Part shown: positions 50,190 through 60,116 of the stretch, in pieces
Layout: each line of letters begins with the position of its first letter
Position numbering within the stretch: the first letter of the stretch is position 1
Assembly (NCBI GenBank): GCA_963850905.1
Contig: CAWKMU010000004.1
Location: forward strand, 576,001 to 640,000
Direction of reading: 5' to 3'
DNA: 64,000 nt
Source of the DNA: an uncultured Gemmatimonadales bacterium
GTDB taxonomy: Bacteria > Gemmatimonadota > Gemmatimonadetes > Gemmatimonadales > Gemmatimonadaceae
Made by a program: the position numbers and the translations under genes
The notes under the pieces: generated by a model
What the model saw: only the letters and a program-made list of their open reading frames with translations
The model's database searches: none
Told to the model about the DNA's origin: nothing

Positions 50190-50560
50190 GCGCGGGCGAT
50201 CCTACCGAGGGCGAGTGCCCGTCGCGTGCTCCCGGGATGCGGAGCGGATCCCGGGCGCGCGACCTGGACGCGGGGGCTCGACGAAGAGCTCGGCAACCAC
50301 GTGTTGCACAGTTCAATAATATATCGACCTTCCGCTATCGGCTTTGGGAGGCAATCGCCGATTTCGTGGACTGGGCGCGCGGTCGTCGTGGCCAACGTCC
50401 GTCGGGGAAACCACGCACAGGCCTGTCAAGCGATCGCCGACGGCAGGGTGGTACATCCGCCGACGCTGCCCCCGCACCCACTCCTCTAGGTTGTACTCGT
50501 GTGGGATGGATCCTTGGGCGCCATCACGATAGCGGCGTCGGCATGTGAGAGGAGGCCCCG

Positions 50561-50908
50561 ATGTCACCGGTCACCCTGCAGCAGACCTTGCCGCTGTATC
50601 AAGCCCGCTGCTCACTGGTGCGCGCCATCAGGCGCGCGCACATTGGGCGCGGATACGACGCATTCCTGCTCCGAGTCGCCGTGTCGGAATTCACTGAGAG
50701 GCTCCGCCAGGCTCGGATCCCACTGAATCGTACGCTCACCGCGCTCACCGATGCGATCGATGACGGTCTGCTCAGTGGCGGAGGAGAAGCGCTGCGCGCG
50801 ACCATGCTCGATCGTGCAACGTCGTGGGCGACGGAGGTATACGTCGATTGCGCGTCTCGGGCGCGATGCAATACGTGGCCCGCGGGGGTTGGCCTGCTAG
50901 CATCCTAG
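50561..50908 (+). CDS. Hypothetical protein
   Basis: GAGGAGG RBS, helical ORF. Confidence 0.55.
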   Translation: MSPVTLQQTLPLYQARCSLVRAIRRAHIGRGYDAFLLRVAVSEFTERLRQARIPLNRTLTALTDAIDDGLLSGGGEALRATMLDRATSWATEVYVDCASRARCNTWPAGVGLLAS

Positions 50909-51189
50909 TGCCGCTTCCAACCAACCCCTTGGATATGCATTACGGGCGATGGGGAATCGACTATCTCGTTTCGAGAGCACCTAAGGCCTTGCAGTCCGGC
51001 GCATCATGGCTTGTGGCTATCCATTTGTCCTAGGCCCTTGCCTTCTCGAGTCTGCCGACCGTCCCCTGTACGAGATGAAGCGATCAAAACACTAAGAGTG
51101 CTGGCGCAGACCCCCTGTCCTTCCCCCGATGGTACTGTTCGACGTCACTGATTGTCGGCAATCGACGGCACACCGAAGAGACACTCCCA

Positions 51190-51678
51190 ATGAGCAAACG
51201 GCGCGAGGTACGCTGCTACGACTACGTGAACCATCCGTACGATCGCGTCAGCAGTGCTTTGAGACAGGACGCCCTCAGCGTTTTCCGGTCAGCTACGAAG
51301 GCCGCGGCTGCCCGTGCGCAATCAGTAGCTGCCGAATTGCACGTCGACATTGGCGGCGTGGGGGTGAAGACGGATATAAACATTGCTGTGCAGAGCGTCC
51401 AAGAGACGATTGATGCAACCTCGGGTCCCACCACGCGTTTGATTCTCGAGTGGGAAGCCACAACGACGCCGCGGCTGTTCCCGCTGATGAGGGGCGAGCT
51501 TGCGATCTACCCGCTGACACGGACGGAAACGCAGTTGGATTTCTCGGGGATGTACGAACCGCCGTTCGGAGCCTTGGGAAAGACTCTAGACGCAATTGCC
51601 GGCCATCGCATCGCCGAGGTGTCGGTTCATCGCTTCATTGACGACGTGGCCGCGTATCTCCGACAGACCCTCGTGTAA
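51190..51678 (+). CDS. Hypothetical protein, SRPBCC/START-like fold suspected
   Basis: LFPLMRGEL...GMYEPPFGALG...HRIAE. Confidence 0.65.
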   Translation: MSKRREVRCYDYVNHPYDRVSSALRQDALSVFRSATKAAAARAQSVAAELHVDIGGVGVKTDINIAVQSVQETIDATSGPTTRLILEWEATTTPRLFPLMRGELAIYPLTRTETQLDFSGMYEPPFGALGKTLDAIAGHRIAEVSVHRFIDDVAAYLRQTLV

Positions 51679-51989
51679 TCGACGGCCTGAGCCCACCGGC
51701 GCTGGCTACTATGGCGTCACGCTTCCGTGGCCTCACGTTCGGTCGTCCACGGCACGCTGCCACCGCTGCGTCACAACTGTGCCGAATGCCCCGTCCGCCC
51801 TGCCCTACGGCACCTTATTGGATCGACCTTAGTAGTGGACGCCGATCGTCGCCGTCTGCAGCAACCTATATTGAACGCTCGTTCAACATGATCTAATGGT
51901 GGATTGGGTGGTTGTGCACATGTCGCACGACCCCCCCAACGCTTTTTGACTCGATCTCGCCGATCGACTGAGCTGATCGCATAGCGCGA

Positions 51990-53651
51990 ATGCTGGTCCC
52001 GAAGCTGGTCTCGACCCTGAGAGACTACGACCGTGCGCAGTTCGGCCGGGACGTCACGGCCGGCGTCATCGTCGGCATCGTCGCGCTTCCGCTGGCGATC
52101 GCGTTCGCCATCGCGAGTGGCGTCACACCGGGCCGGGGCCTTTGGACCGCGATCGTGGCCGGGTTCCTCATTTCGGCGCTCGGCGGCTCTCGCGTCCAGA
52201 TCGGAGGGCCGACGGGCGCATTTGTCGTGATCGTCTACGGCATCGTCCAAAAATACGGAATCGACGGACTCACGGTGGCGACGCTGATGGCGGGTGCGCT
52301 CCTCGTCGTCATGGGCCTCGCCAAGCTGGGAAGCGCGATCAAGTTCATTCCATACCCCGTGGTCATCGGCTTCACGAGCGGGATCGCGGTCATCATTTTT
52401 TCGAGCCAGATCAAGGACTTGTTCGGCTTGGCGATGGGTGCCGTGCCGGCGGAGTTTCTCAGCAAGTGGATCGCGTTCGTCGAGCACGCGACGGCGTTCA
52501 CACCCGCAGCGATCGCCGTCGGAGGCGCCGCGCTCGCGATCATTGTGGTCTGGCCAAAGATCACTCAGCGGATTCCCGGGCCATTCGTTGCCCTGATCGT
52601 CACGACCGTCGCTGTTCATGTGATGGGACTACAGGTGGAGACGATCGGTACGCGCTTTGGCGAGTTGAACGCCGCAGTGCCGCATCCACAACTGCCACAT
52701 CTGTCCATGGCGCAGGTCACCGGGCTGGTTGGGCCGGCGTTCACGATCGCGATGCTCGCCGCGATCGAGTCGCTCCTCTCCGCCGTCGTCGCGGACGGAA
52801 TGATCGGCGGTCGCCACCGCTCGAACATGGAGTTGGTGGCCCAAGGCGTAGCGAACATTGCCTCTCCGCTGTTCGGCGGCATCCCGGCCACCGGGGCTAT
52901 CGCACGCACGGCGACGAACATCAAGAATGGCGGCCGCACACCAATTGCCGGGATGACCCACGCTGTCACGCTGCTTTTCATCACGCTTTTCTTCGGTCGG
53001 TATGCGGCGCTGATTCCGCTGTCGACCCTGGCCGCCATTCTCGTGGTCGTGGCGTATCACATGAGCGAATGGCGCACTTTTCGGGGTGCGTTGCGCGCGC
53101 CCAAGAGCGACGTCGCCGTGCTGCTCACGACGTTCGGCCTGACGGTGCTCGTCGACCTGACGGTTGCGATATCGGTCGGCATGCTGCTGGCCGCATTTCT
53201 CTTCATCCGCCGCATGGCGACGCTGACCAACGTCAATATTCTCACGGGCGGCATCGAGGATGACTTGTCATTCGATCCGGCGGAGCCGTGGCGTAGAGAC
53301 ATCCCACGAGGAGTCAGCGTCTTCGAAGTCAACGGTCCGTTGTTTTTCGGCGCCGTCGAGACCTTCAGGGAAACACTCGATCACCTCGCGGAGCATCCCA
53401 GAGTATTGATCATCAGAATGCGCGACGTGCATGCGCTGGATTCGACCGGCATCCATGCGCTCACGGATGTGATGCGCCGGAGCCGCCGGGCGGGATCGGA
53501 CGTTCTCTTCACCGAGGTTCAGGCTCAGCCCCTGGCCGCGCTCACCGCTTCGGGCACGCTGGACGAAATCGGCACGGCCAATGTCTTTCCGGAAATCGAC
53601 GATGCACTCGCGCGGACGTACGAGATGGTTCCCTACCGGGCCAATAGCTAG
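51990..53651 (+). CDS. SulP/SLC26 anion permease with STAS domain
   Basis: PLAIAFAIASG, QIGGPTGAF, GAIART, GPLFFG...DSTG. Confidence 0.95.
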   Translation: MLVPKLVSTLRDYDRAQFGRDVTAGVIVGIVALPLAIAFAIASGVTPGRGLWTAIVAGFLISALGGSRVQIGGPTGAFVVIVYGIVQKYGIDGLTVATLMAGALLVVMGLAKLGSAIKFIPYPVVIGFTSGIAVIIFSSQIKDLFGLAMGAVPAEFLSKWIAFVEHATAFTPAAIAVGGAALAIIVVWPKITQRIPGPFVALIVTTVAVHVMGLQVETIGTRFGELNAAVPHPQLPHLSMAQVTGLVGPAFTIAMLAAIESLLSAVVADGMIGGRHRSNMELVAQGVANIASPLFGGIPATGAIARTATNIKNGGRTPIAGMTHAVTLLFITLFFGRYAALIPLSTLAAILVVVAYHMSEWRTFRGALRAPKSDVAVLLTTFGLTVLVDLTVAISVGMLLAAFLFIRRMATLTNVNILTGGIEDDLSFDPAEPWRRDIPRGVSVFEVNGPLFFGAVETFRETLDHLAEHPRVLIIRMRDVHALDSTGIHALTDVMRRSRRAGSDVLFTEVQAQPLAALTASGTLDEIGTANVFPEIDDALARTYEMVPYRANS

Positions 53652-53705
53652 GCGAATGTGAGTGTCGACCCCGGGCGGGGGTTCGCAAACCGAGGAGAGT
53701 CCATC

Positions 53706-54401
53706 ATGCGTGGCGGCAAGATCGAACAGCACCGCACAGAGCGCGCTGGGTGGCTCCGCGCGGCAGTACTGGGCGCGAACGACGGCGTGCTGTCAACATC
53801 GAGTCTCGTGCTCGGCGTCGCGTCTGCCAACGCGACCCACAGCAATGTGCTCGTCGCAGGGATAGCCGGCCTGGTGGCTGGTGCTATGTCGATGGCGGCC
53901 GGGGAGTACGTGTCCGTGCATTCGCAGGCGGACGCCGAAGCGGCCGACCTCGAGCGTGAGCGCGCAGAGCTTAAAGCGGATGACCAGGGCGAGCACAAGG
54001 AACTGATGGCGATCTACGTGGCTCGCGGTCTCGATGCTCCCCTTGCGAAACAAGTCGCTGACCAACTGATGGCCCATGATGCATTGGGGGCACACGCCCG
54101 TGACGAACTCGGCATCTCAACGCAGATGCGTGCGCGCCCGATCCAGGCTGCCGTGACCTCCGCCGCGAGCTTCGGCGTTGGGGCCGCGATGCCCCTAGTA
54201 GTCACCGTTGTCTCCCCGGCGGTCGGCCTGATCCCACTTGTATCTGCATGCTCTCTGGCGTTTCTCGCCCTTCTCGGCGGGTTGGCTGCATACGCTGGCG
54301 GCGCCAGGGTGATCATCGGCGCGGTGCGTGTCACGTTTTGGGGAGCGTTGGCAATGGGCGTCACATCTGGCATCGGTTCACTCTTCGGAACGGCCCGCTG
54401 A
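53706..54401 (+). CDS. VIT1/CCC1-family Fe/Mn transporter
   Basis: WLRAAVLGANDG, SMAAGEYVSV, HARDELG. Confidence 0.95.
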   Translation: MRGGKIEQHRTERAGWLRAAVLGANDGVLSTSSLVLGVASANATHSNVLVAGIAGLVAGAMSMAAGEYVSVHSQADAEAADLERERAELKADDQGEHKELMAIYVARGLDAPLAKQVADQLMAHDALGAHARDELGISTQMRARPIQAAVTSAASFGVGAAMPLVVTVVSPAVGLIPLVSACSLAFLALLGGLAAYAGGARVIIGAVRVTFWGALAMGVTSGIGSLFGTAR

Positions 54402-54700
54402 GCAGGATCCTATCGGTGCCAGAGTTGGGCGACGAAGCGATCATCAAACAGAGTCCCCATTTTTGGGCCGCTATGCGGCCAAAAATAGGGGCGCTCTCGA
54501 GGCGCAATAGCAACCCCGGCGGCTTGTAACGACCGTGCCTGTCGCTCGCCAACGGCTGAAGGTTACTGTTCAGAGTCGAGTATCGCACGCGGATCGAGAC
54601 TCAGCCGGAAATGGCACCAGGGTGCGGATCGCATCATCCGAATTACAACGCGATCTAGCCACAATTTCACGAGTCGCCACCCAAGCGGAGGAGAACGTTT

Positions 54701-55384
54701 TTGGATATCAGTCTGCCGAAACATCTAGAGTCCAAAGTCTCCCCAAGACGCGGATCGCCGGAACGTCGGCAGCGACTCGGCCACGAGTACGGCCTGTTCC
54801 TTTCCGAGGCGCTGCGATCGCTCTCCGTCACGGCTTCGCTGTTTCCAAGCTCCCGGTTCCTGGCCTCTGCTCTGCTACGGGCCATCGACTTCGATGCCGC
54901 GAGGGTGATTGTCGAGCTTGGAGTCGGCACGGGCGCAATTACGAAGGAGATTCTGCGGCGGTTGCAGCCCAACGCCGTTTTGCTCGGCGTCGATCTCAAT
55001 CCAGCCTTCGTCAACCACGTCGGGCGGACGACTGAGGACTCCCGTTTTGTCCCAATCCTCGGGCAAGCGGAGCGGCTGGGTACCCTGCTGAGCCAGCACG
55101 GCATCGGCCGGGCGGATGCAATCGTGTCGTCTCTTGGCCTGACCGGTATGCACCCATCTCAACGGTCGACCATCATGACGCAAGCCGCCGCGTGCCTGAC
55201 ACGCGACGGCGTGCTGACACAGTATCAATATTTGCACGCCAACGGCGAGCCAAACTGGGTTTCCTCACTCGGTCTGACGCGTTTCCCGGAAAAGGAGTTT
55301 CTGAAAGCGCACTTCCGTCACGTCGCTTCCGAGCGCGTCATCTGGAATCTTCCGCCAGCGAGAGTCTACTCTTGTCGCGTCTAG
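54701..55384 (+). CDS. SAM-dependent methyltransferase (PmtA-like phospholipid N-methyltransferase)
   Basis: PSSRFLA, VELGVGTGAIT, QYQY, NLPPARVY. Confidence 0.85.
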   Translation: MDISLPKHLESKVSPRRGSPERRQRLGHEYGLFLSEALRSLSVTASLFPSSRFLASALLRAIDFDAARVIVELGVGTGAITKEILRRLQPNAVLLGVDLNPAFVNHVGRTTEDSRFVPILGQAERLGTLLSQHGIGRADAIVSSLGLTGMHPSQRSTIMTQAAACLTRDGVLTQYQYLHANGEPNWVSSLGLTRFPEKEFLKAHFRHVASERVIWNLPPARVYSCRV

Positions 55385-55497
55385 ACAGCTAAAGCACTCA
55401 CCGAATAGAGTGTACGGTGTGGACTGACTTCTTCATGGCGACTACCGGCGCATTAGCGGCTACTCCTCCTTAACGCTTACACACTGAGGTTGCCATC

Positions 55498-55878
55498 ATG
55501 CAGGGGTACGACGTTGGTGCACTGGCCGTCCGACTGATGGTGGCCGGAGAGTTTCTGCCCAGCGGTATTTTCAGTCTTCGGGATCCGACCGGCCGCGCGA
55601 AGTTGAACGGCGTGAGTCCGGCTCTCATGGTGTTCATCGCCGTCGCGGAGATTGCCGCCGGTTTCGGGCTGATCGCCGGAGTTCTGGCGCGGGCGGCGGC
55701 ACTCGGTCTGATCGCGATCATGGCCGGCGCTATCTATAAGAAGGCGTTCGTCTGGCACACCGGGTATTGGGGCAAGGGCAGCATGGGATGGCACTACGAG
55801 CTCATGCTGGTCACGATGAACCTCCTGATCGCCCTCGCGGGCCCAGGCCGGCTCTCGCTCCTGCCGACGCCGTTCTAA
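55498..55878 (+). CDS. DoxX-family membrane protein
   Basis: AEIAAG...AALGL...GWHYE...GPGRLSL. Confidence 0.8.
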   Translation: MQGYDVGALAVRLMVAGEFLPSGIFSLRDPTGRAKLNGVSPALMVFIAVAEIAAGFGLIAGVLARAAALGLIAIMAGAIYKKAFVWHTGYWGKGSMGWHYELMLVTMNLLIALAGPGRLSLLPTPF

Positions 55879-55944
55879 CGGGGATCCCAGCGCCCGTTTG
55901 GCGCGATCAACCTGACCCAGACCGCTTTTCATCGAGGAGGAGTC

Positions 55945-56889
55945 ATGCGCGCCGTCACGGTAAGCGACTATGGGCAGGAGCCCGTGGTCTCTGAGCTCCC
56001 AAAGCCTCAGCCTGGCCCCGGACAAATCCTTATCAAGGTGCGCGCCGCGGGCATGAATCCGATCGACCGCCAGATCGCGGCGGGTGTCTGGAAGGCACTA
56101 ATGCCGGCAACGTTCCCACTCGTCCTCGGTAGCGATGTCTCCGGCGTGGTGGATGCGGTCGGCCCAGATGAGACAGTATTCCAACCCGGCGACGAAGTGT
56201 TCGGCCAGCTCATGGAACTGCCACTCGGCTCGACGGGCACCTTCGCCGAGTACGTCGCAGTTGCCGCAGGCGCTCCGCTCGCGCGGACGCCCGAGAAGGT
56301 TGATCCCGTCGTCGCGGCCGCTCTTCCAACCTCCGGCGTCACGGCGCTCGAGATCGTAGACACGCTTTCGCCCCTTCCGGGGAAGACGATGCTCCTGATT
56401 GGCGCGGGCGGTGGCGTCGGGTCTTTCCTCACCCAGTTTGCCGCGCGAGGTGGCGCAGAAATCCTGGCAAGTGTCCGCGGGAGATCCGCCAAACGAGTGC
56501 GCAACTATGGCGCAGCCGAGACGATCGACTACACCACGACGTCGGTGATCGATGCCGTCGGACGCGCCCATCCCGACGGCATCGACCTGCTCGTCGACCT
56601 CGCGAGCGATGCACCCGAGTTCGCGGCACTCGCTCGGCTCGTCCGGCGTGGCGGCAGCGCGTTGACGACACGCCACGTCGCCGATGTCGACGCCCTCGGC
56701 GCGGCAGGCATCAAGGGAATCAACTTCCGGGAAAAGGTGTCGGCCGATGCGATGCGACGTCTGGCCGACGCTGTCGGAAACCGGGGCATCGAGCCGCCGC
56801 CGATCACGCGCATCAAACTGGCCGACGTGCCCGCAGTCATGAACAATCCGGCCGGTCAGGCGGACGGCAAGACCGTCATCACGCCATGA
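55945..56889 (+). CDS. NADP-dependent oxidoreductase (MDR/quinone reductase family)
   Basis: VRAAGMNPID, GSDVSG, GAGGGVG, GKTVI. Confidence 0.9.
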   Translation: MRAVTVSDYGQEPVVSELPKPQPGPGQILIKVRAAGMNPIDRQIAAGVWKALMPATFPLVLGSDVSGVVDAVGPDETVFQPGDEVFGQLMELPLGSTGTFAEYVAVAAGAPLARTPEKVDPVVAAALPTSGVTALEIVDTLSPLPGKTMLLIGAGGGVGSFLTQFAARGGAEILASVRGRSAKRVRNYGAAETIDYTTTSVIDAVGRAHPDGIDLLVDLASDAPEFAALARLVRRGGSALTTRHVADVDALGAAGIKGINFREKVSADAMRRLADAVGNRGIEPPPITRIKLADVPAVMNNPAGQADGKTVITP

Positions 56890-57030
56890 AGGTTCGCGCG
56901 GAGGCCAGGTGCTGCGGGGGACTGGTTCGGCACACCCACCCTTTTCCCGCAGCACGCTCATCGCGTTCGCGTGGCGCGAGGGGTGCATCTCGTTAGCTAG
57001 CGTTCCCAACCGCGTATATAGGAGGAGCTC

Positions 57031-57201
57031 ATGGACCGAGACCCTGACGAGCAGCCCGCGGACGACATCGAGGCACAGCGCGGCGATCAACCTGGCGAAC
57101 AGCACTCACGCCGACTGCTAGAAAGCGAGGAGGCGCAGGAGCCCCCCGACGGCGCCATGCCGGTGGACAAGGAAATCGAGCAGAACGACCGCAAGATGTA
57201 G
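57031..57201 (+). CDS. Small acidic protein (56 aa)
   Basis: AGGAGG RBS then MDRDPDEQPADDIEAQRG...EIEQNDRKM*; below the ORF-track size cutoff. Confidence 0.55.
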   Translation: MDRDPDEQPADDIEAQRGDQPGEQHSRRLLESEEAQEPPDGAMPVDKEIEQNDRKM

Positions 57202-57282
57202 CCGTCACCGGCGGTGCGACGGCCAGCGATTCGCCGCTGGTCTGTCGTACCCTCGGCGCCAGCGTCGCGACTGGACGTCCGT

Positions 57283-57672
57283 TCACGTTACCTCCACCGA
57301 TGGCGGCGTGACGGTCGCCCACCGCTCGGCGATTTTGCTGCCCTCGATGCGCCAGAGCACAAAGCCGTTGAACCGCATCCGCTTGCCGGATCCCAGGTCG
57401 GTCCATCTCCAGACGTTCTTGCAGACGACTTTGTCGCGTTCGGCAATCATGTCCTCGATCGTGACCTTGAGATCGGGCATCGCCGTGTACATCGCGAGCA
57501 TCATCTGCTCATCGCCAGCCACGTCGGTAGGCCTGCCGCCAGGTCCATCGTGATCGAAGAAATCCGGCGTCATGTTCTTCCGAATGGCGGCGGCGTCTCG
57601 CTTGTTGACGAACTCCTCGAAATGACTGCTGACCAATTGCTTCATTTGGTCGGGTGTGAGCTGGGTCGCCAT
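57283..57672 (-). CDS. SnoaL-like ester cyclase family protein
   Basis: AMPDLKVTIEDMIAERDKVV...KIAERW. Confidence 0.85.
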   Translation of the reverse strand: MATQLTPDQMKQLVSSHFEEFVNKRDAAAIRKNMTPDFFDHDGPGGRPTDVAGDEQMMLAMYTAMPDLKVTIEDMIAERDKVVCKNVWRWTDLGSGKRMRFNGFVLWRIEGSKIAERWATVTPPSVEVT

Positions 57673-57761
57673 GAGTCACTCTTCCGCTGAGGGTGATGTC
57701 CCAACGCAGCGTTCGCAATGTGCGACGAGGAGATCGAGCAACCCCGTGCGTAGCCTGCCGG

Positions 57762-58334
57762 CTAGTTGGCCAACCAATCATCCGTGGCGGTCGTGCTGTC
57801 CCCCATGTTGGTGAACGTAATCTTTTGGAACGTCAGTTGAAACTCTTCCAGCTCATTCGTGTGGACCTGCTCCGTCGCCGTCCCTCCGCTGAAGGTGTGC
57901 GTCGCCACGACCTGCCCGCTCGGACCCAACTGGTCGATCTGAATCACGCACGCCGGCGGGTTGCACAAACTCACGTGGGATAGCGCTTCGCTAGCCTGGC
58001 TTCGGGCTTGCACCTGGATCAGCAGGATGCCTGGCGGTCGCCGCAGCTGTCCGAGCTGATGCTGCGCCCGGATTTGCGCCCCCGTAGGGAGCGCAGCGCC
58101 GCCGGGACCGGTGGCGGCCGTCAGTCCGTTGAAAACAGTCCCCCTGCCATTGATCCACATGACGAGTCGAAGCGTCGGCGACACCGCATTCATTCCGACC
58201 ACGCCTTGTGGCTGCACGGGCAGTCGCGCAGTCGGCACGGTAGTGCGAGGAATCTGCGCCTGACTGGCATTCGCCAGGGTCACGGCCAGAGTGGCAGCCA
58301 CCACGCGCCACACGAGTGACGATGAGCAATGCAC
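57762..58334 (-). CDS. Exported protein with Hcp (T6SS tube)-like C-terminus
   Basis: Signal peptide ...LANASQAQ; C-terminal LEEFQLTFQKITFTN...ATDDW; GTG start after GGAG. Confidence 0.55.
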   Translation of the reverse strand: MHCSSSLVWRVVAATLAVTLANASQAQIPRTTVPTARLPVQPQGVVGMNAVSPTLRLVMWINGRGTVFNGLTAATGPGGAALPTGAQIRAQHQLGQLRRPPGILLIQVQARSQASEALSHVSLCNPPACVIQIDQLGPSGQVVATHTFSGGTATEQVHTNELEEFQLTFQKITFTNMGDSTTATDDWLAN

Positions 58335-58656
58335 ACGGTCTCCATGGAAAGAGTGAGGACAGCAGATCCTGCGCTCGACGATGTGTCTGACAGGCGCTGC
58401 GCGAGCGCTGATCCCCACCCGGACGGGTGAGTATCGCTCTCGCCTTATTTGTGTCACCACCTCGCTAGCGGTTTCGTCCCACCCCGCCGCGGACAGTACA
58501 TGGGCGTTCGGTGTACACTAAGGCGGCGCGCACCCCGCGCTGTATCGGCCTGGCGACCCGACCGACTCCCGCTACATCCGGCGATAATATCGCCCAGCCC
58601 GAACGCGGAACGGCTCGCGTCGAGAAACGAGAATCAACACGCGCAAGGAGGCTCAC

Positions 58657-58899
58657 TTGAGGGTGTCCGTTTTTGTCGGGACCAGCGTGGATGGCTGTAT
58701 CGCCCGTCCGAGCGCCGAGCTCGATTTTCTACCGGTCGGAGGTGGTGAGCCACACGGCTACAACGAATTCATCGCCACGGTCGACACGATTGTCATAGGC
58801 CGCAAGACATTCGAGACGGTTGTGGCACTTGGGGCATGGCCTTATGAGGACAAACGCGTCGTGGTGCTGAGGACGCCGGGCAGGCTGACGGCGAATTAG
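58657..58899 (+). pseudogene. Truncated dihydrofolate reductase / RibD C-terminal family protein
   Basis: SVDGCIA, IGRKTFE, WPY..KRVVVL, then stop at 80 aa. Confidence 0.7.
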
Positions 58900-58959
58900 G
58901 ACCTTGGCCAAACCGACGGGCGTCGCCATCCTGACGGGATGTGGAACGCAACAGGCGGC

Positions 58960-59947
58960 CTATCGCGCCAGCCGCCGCCGGGAACGGCGAAGCGTCCCAA
59001 GCGCCACGCGGAGATCCGCCAGGCTGTTGAGCGGAACGGCGCTGATCTCGGCAAGCGATGAGCCATAGGCCGTTGCCCCCGCGCCACCGACCAGCACTGT
59101 GATGTCCTTGGGCAGAGCGCTCCGCAGGCGGCGCAGCTCGTCGCCTACTGCGAGGTCGCCCGTCGGATATACGATACTCAGCGCCACGGCACGCGCCCGC
59201 GTCCGAATGGCGGCCTCGGCGATGTCCTCGGCTGGCAGGTCTGGGCCAAGGTAGGTGACCCGCCACCCCTCGGCCGTCGCGGTTGCCGCGACGAGCAGTG
59301 CGCCAAACTCGTGGACCTGACCAGTGGGCGTCGCGACGACGAGGTTCGCTGTGGCGAACGGCGAGGTCGCACTTTCAACGACGCGTTCCAGCACGCGGCG
59401 TAGTACCGCCGCTGCGAGGTGCTCGTGCACGGGACGCAGTGTCCCTTCCCGCCAGCCTGTGCCAACGCGCTCGAGCAACGGCACCACAACCGCATCGAGG
59501 AGCGCCGCGACGGGGAGCGTGACTGCCGCGCGCCGGAGGACCGCGTCGAGCGCCGTCGCATTCGAGGCGTGCGACCGCCCGAAATGCGTCGTCCAGGAAA
59601 TCAGTGGCCGCAGGTAGTGCGCCGCGGTCCCGGGCCGGCGCTCCTGGGCTCCCGAGTCCCGCCTCGGCGTCGGCGGTCACGTCTCTGCGGACCAGCGCGG
59701 CGAGTGCTTCGGTCGGAAGGTCGGCCACTTGTCCAATGCTTCGGCCCGCCAGCGTGGCGCGATAGAGCAGGCGTAGTCGCTCGATGTCGGCGTCCGAGTA
59801 AAGACGACGGCCACCCTCCGATCGTGCCGGCGTGACGACGTCGTACCGTCGCTCCCATGCGCGCAAGAGATCGGCGCTCAGCCCGGTGCGACGGGTCACG
59901 ACCCGCATCGGATGGCGGTGCTGCTTGGACGTCGCCTGCGAGGGCAT
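58960..59947 (-). CDS. CarH/LitR-like MerR regulator with cobalamin-binding domain (frameshift near 59562)
   Basis: LRAWERRY...GRRLYS HTH; W-x9-EH (WREGTLRPVHEH); QVHEFG and YLGPDLP B12-binding motifs. Confidence 0.85.
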
Positions 59948-59954
59948 GGGTCGA

Positions 59955-60034
59955 ATGCTAGCGAGGGCGGTCAGCCGGTGTCAAGATTATGTATTGGACA
60001 AAAGCTTGACAAATACCGGGTGCTCGGATAGGTT
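59955..60034. promoter_or_regulatory. Divergent sigma70 promoters with CarH-type 11-bp direct repeats
   Basis: + strand TTGACA (60006)-N17-TAGGTT; - strand TTGACA (59984)-N18-TAGCAT; repeats GTATTGGACAA/AAGCTTGACAA at 59991-60012. Confidence 0.65.
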
Positions 60035-60116
60035 GCTAGAAGGCAAGCTGGAGGCCATCGGGGCCCGGTTGTCCGGTGCGGCTGAAGTCGGGGTCCCTAC
60101 TGAAGGGGAGGCATGT

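Noticed and set aside
57762..58334. Type VI secretion system or prophage tail locus
   Set aside because: No vgrG, sheath, baseplate or phage genes in the window; only an isolated Hcp-like C-terminus.
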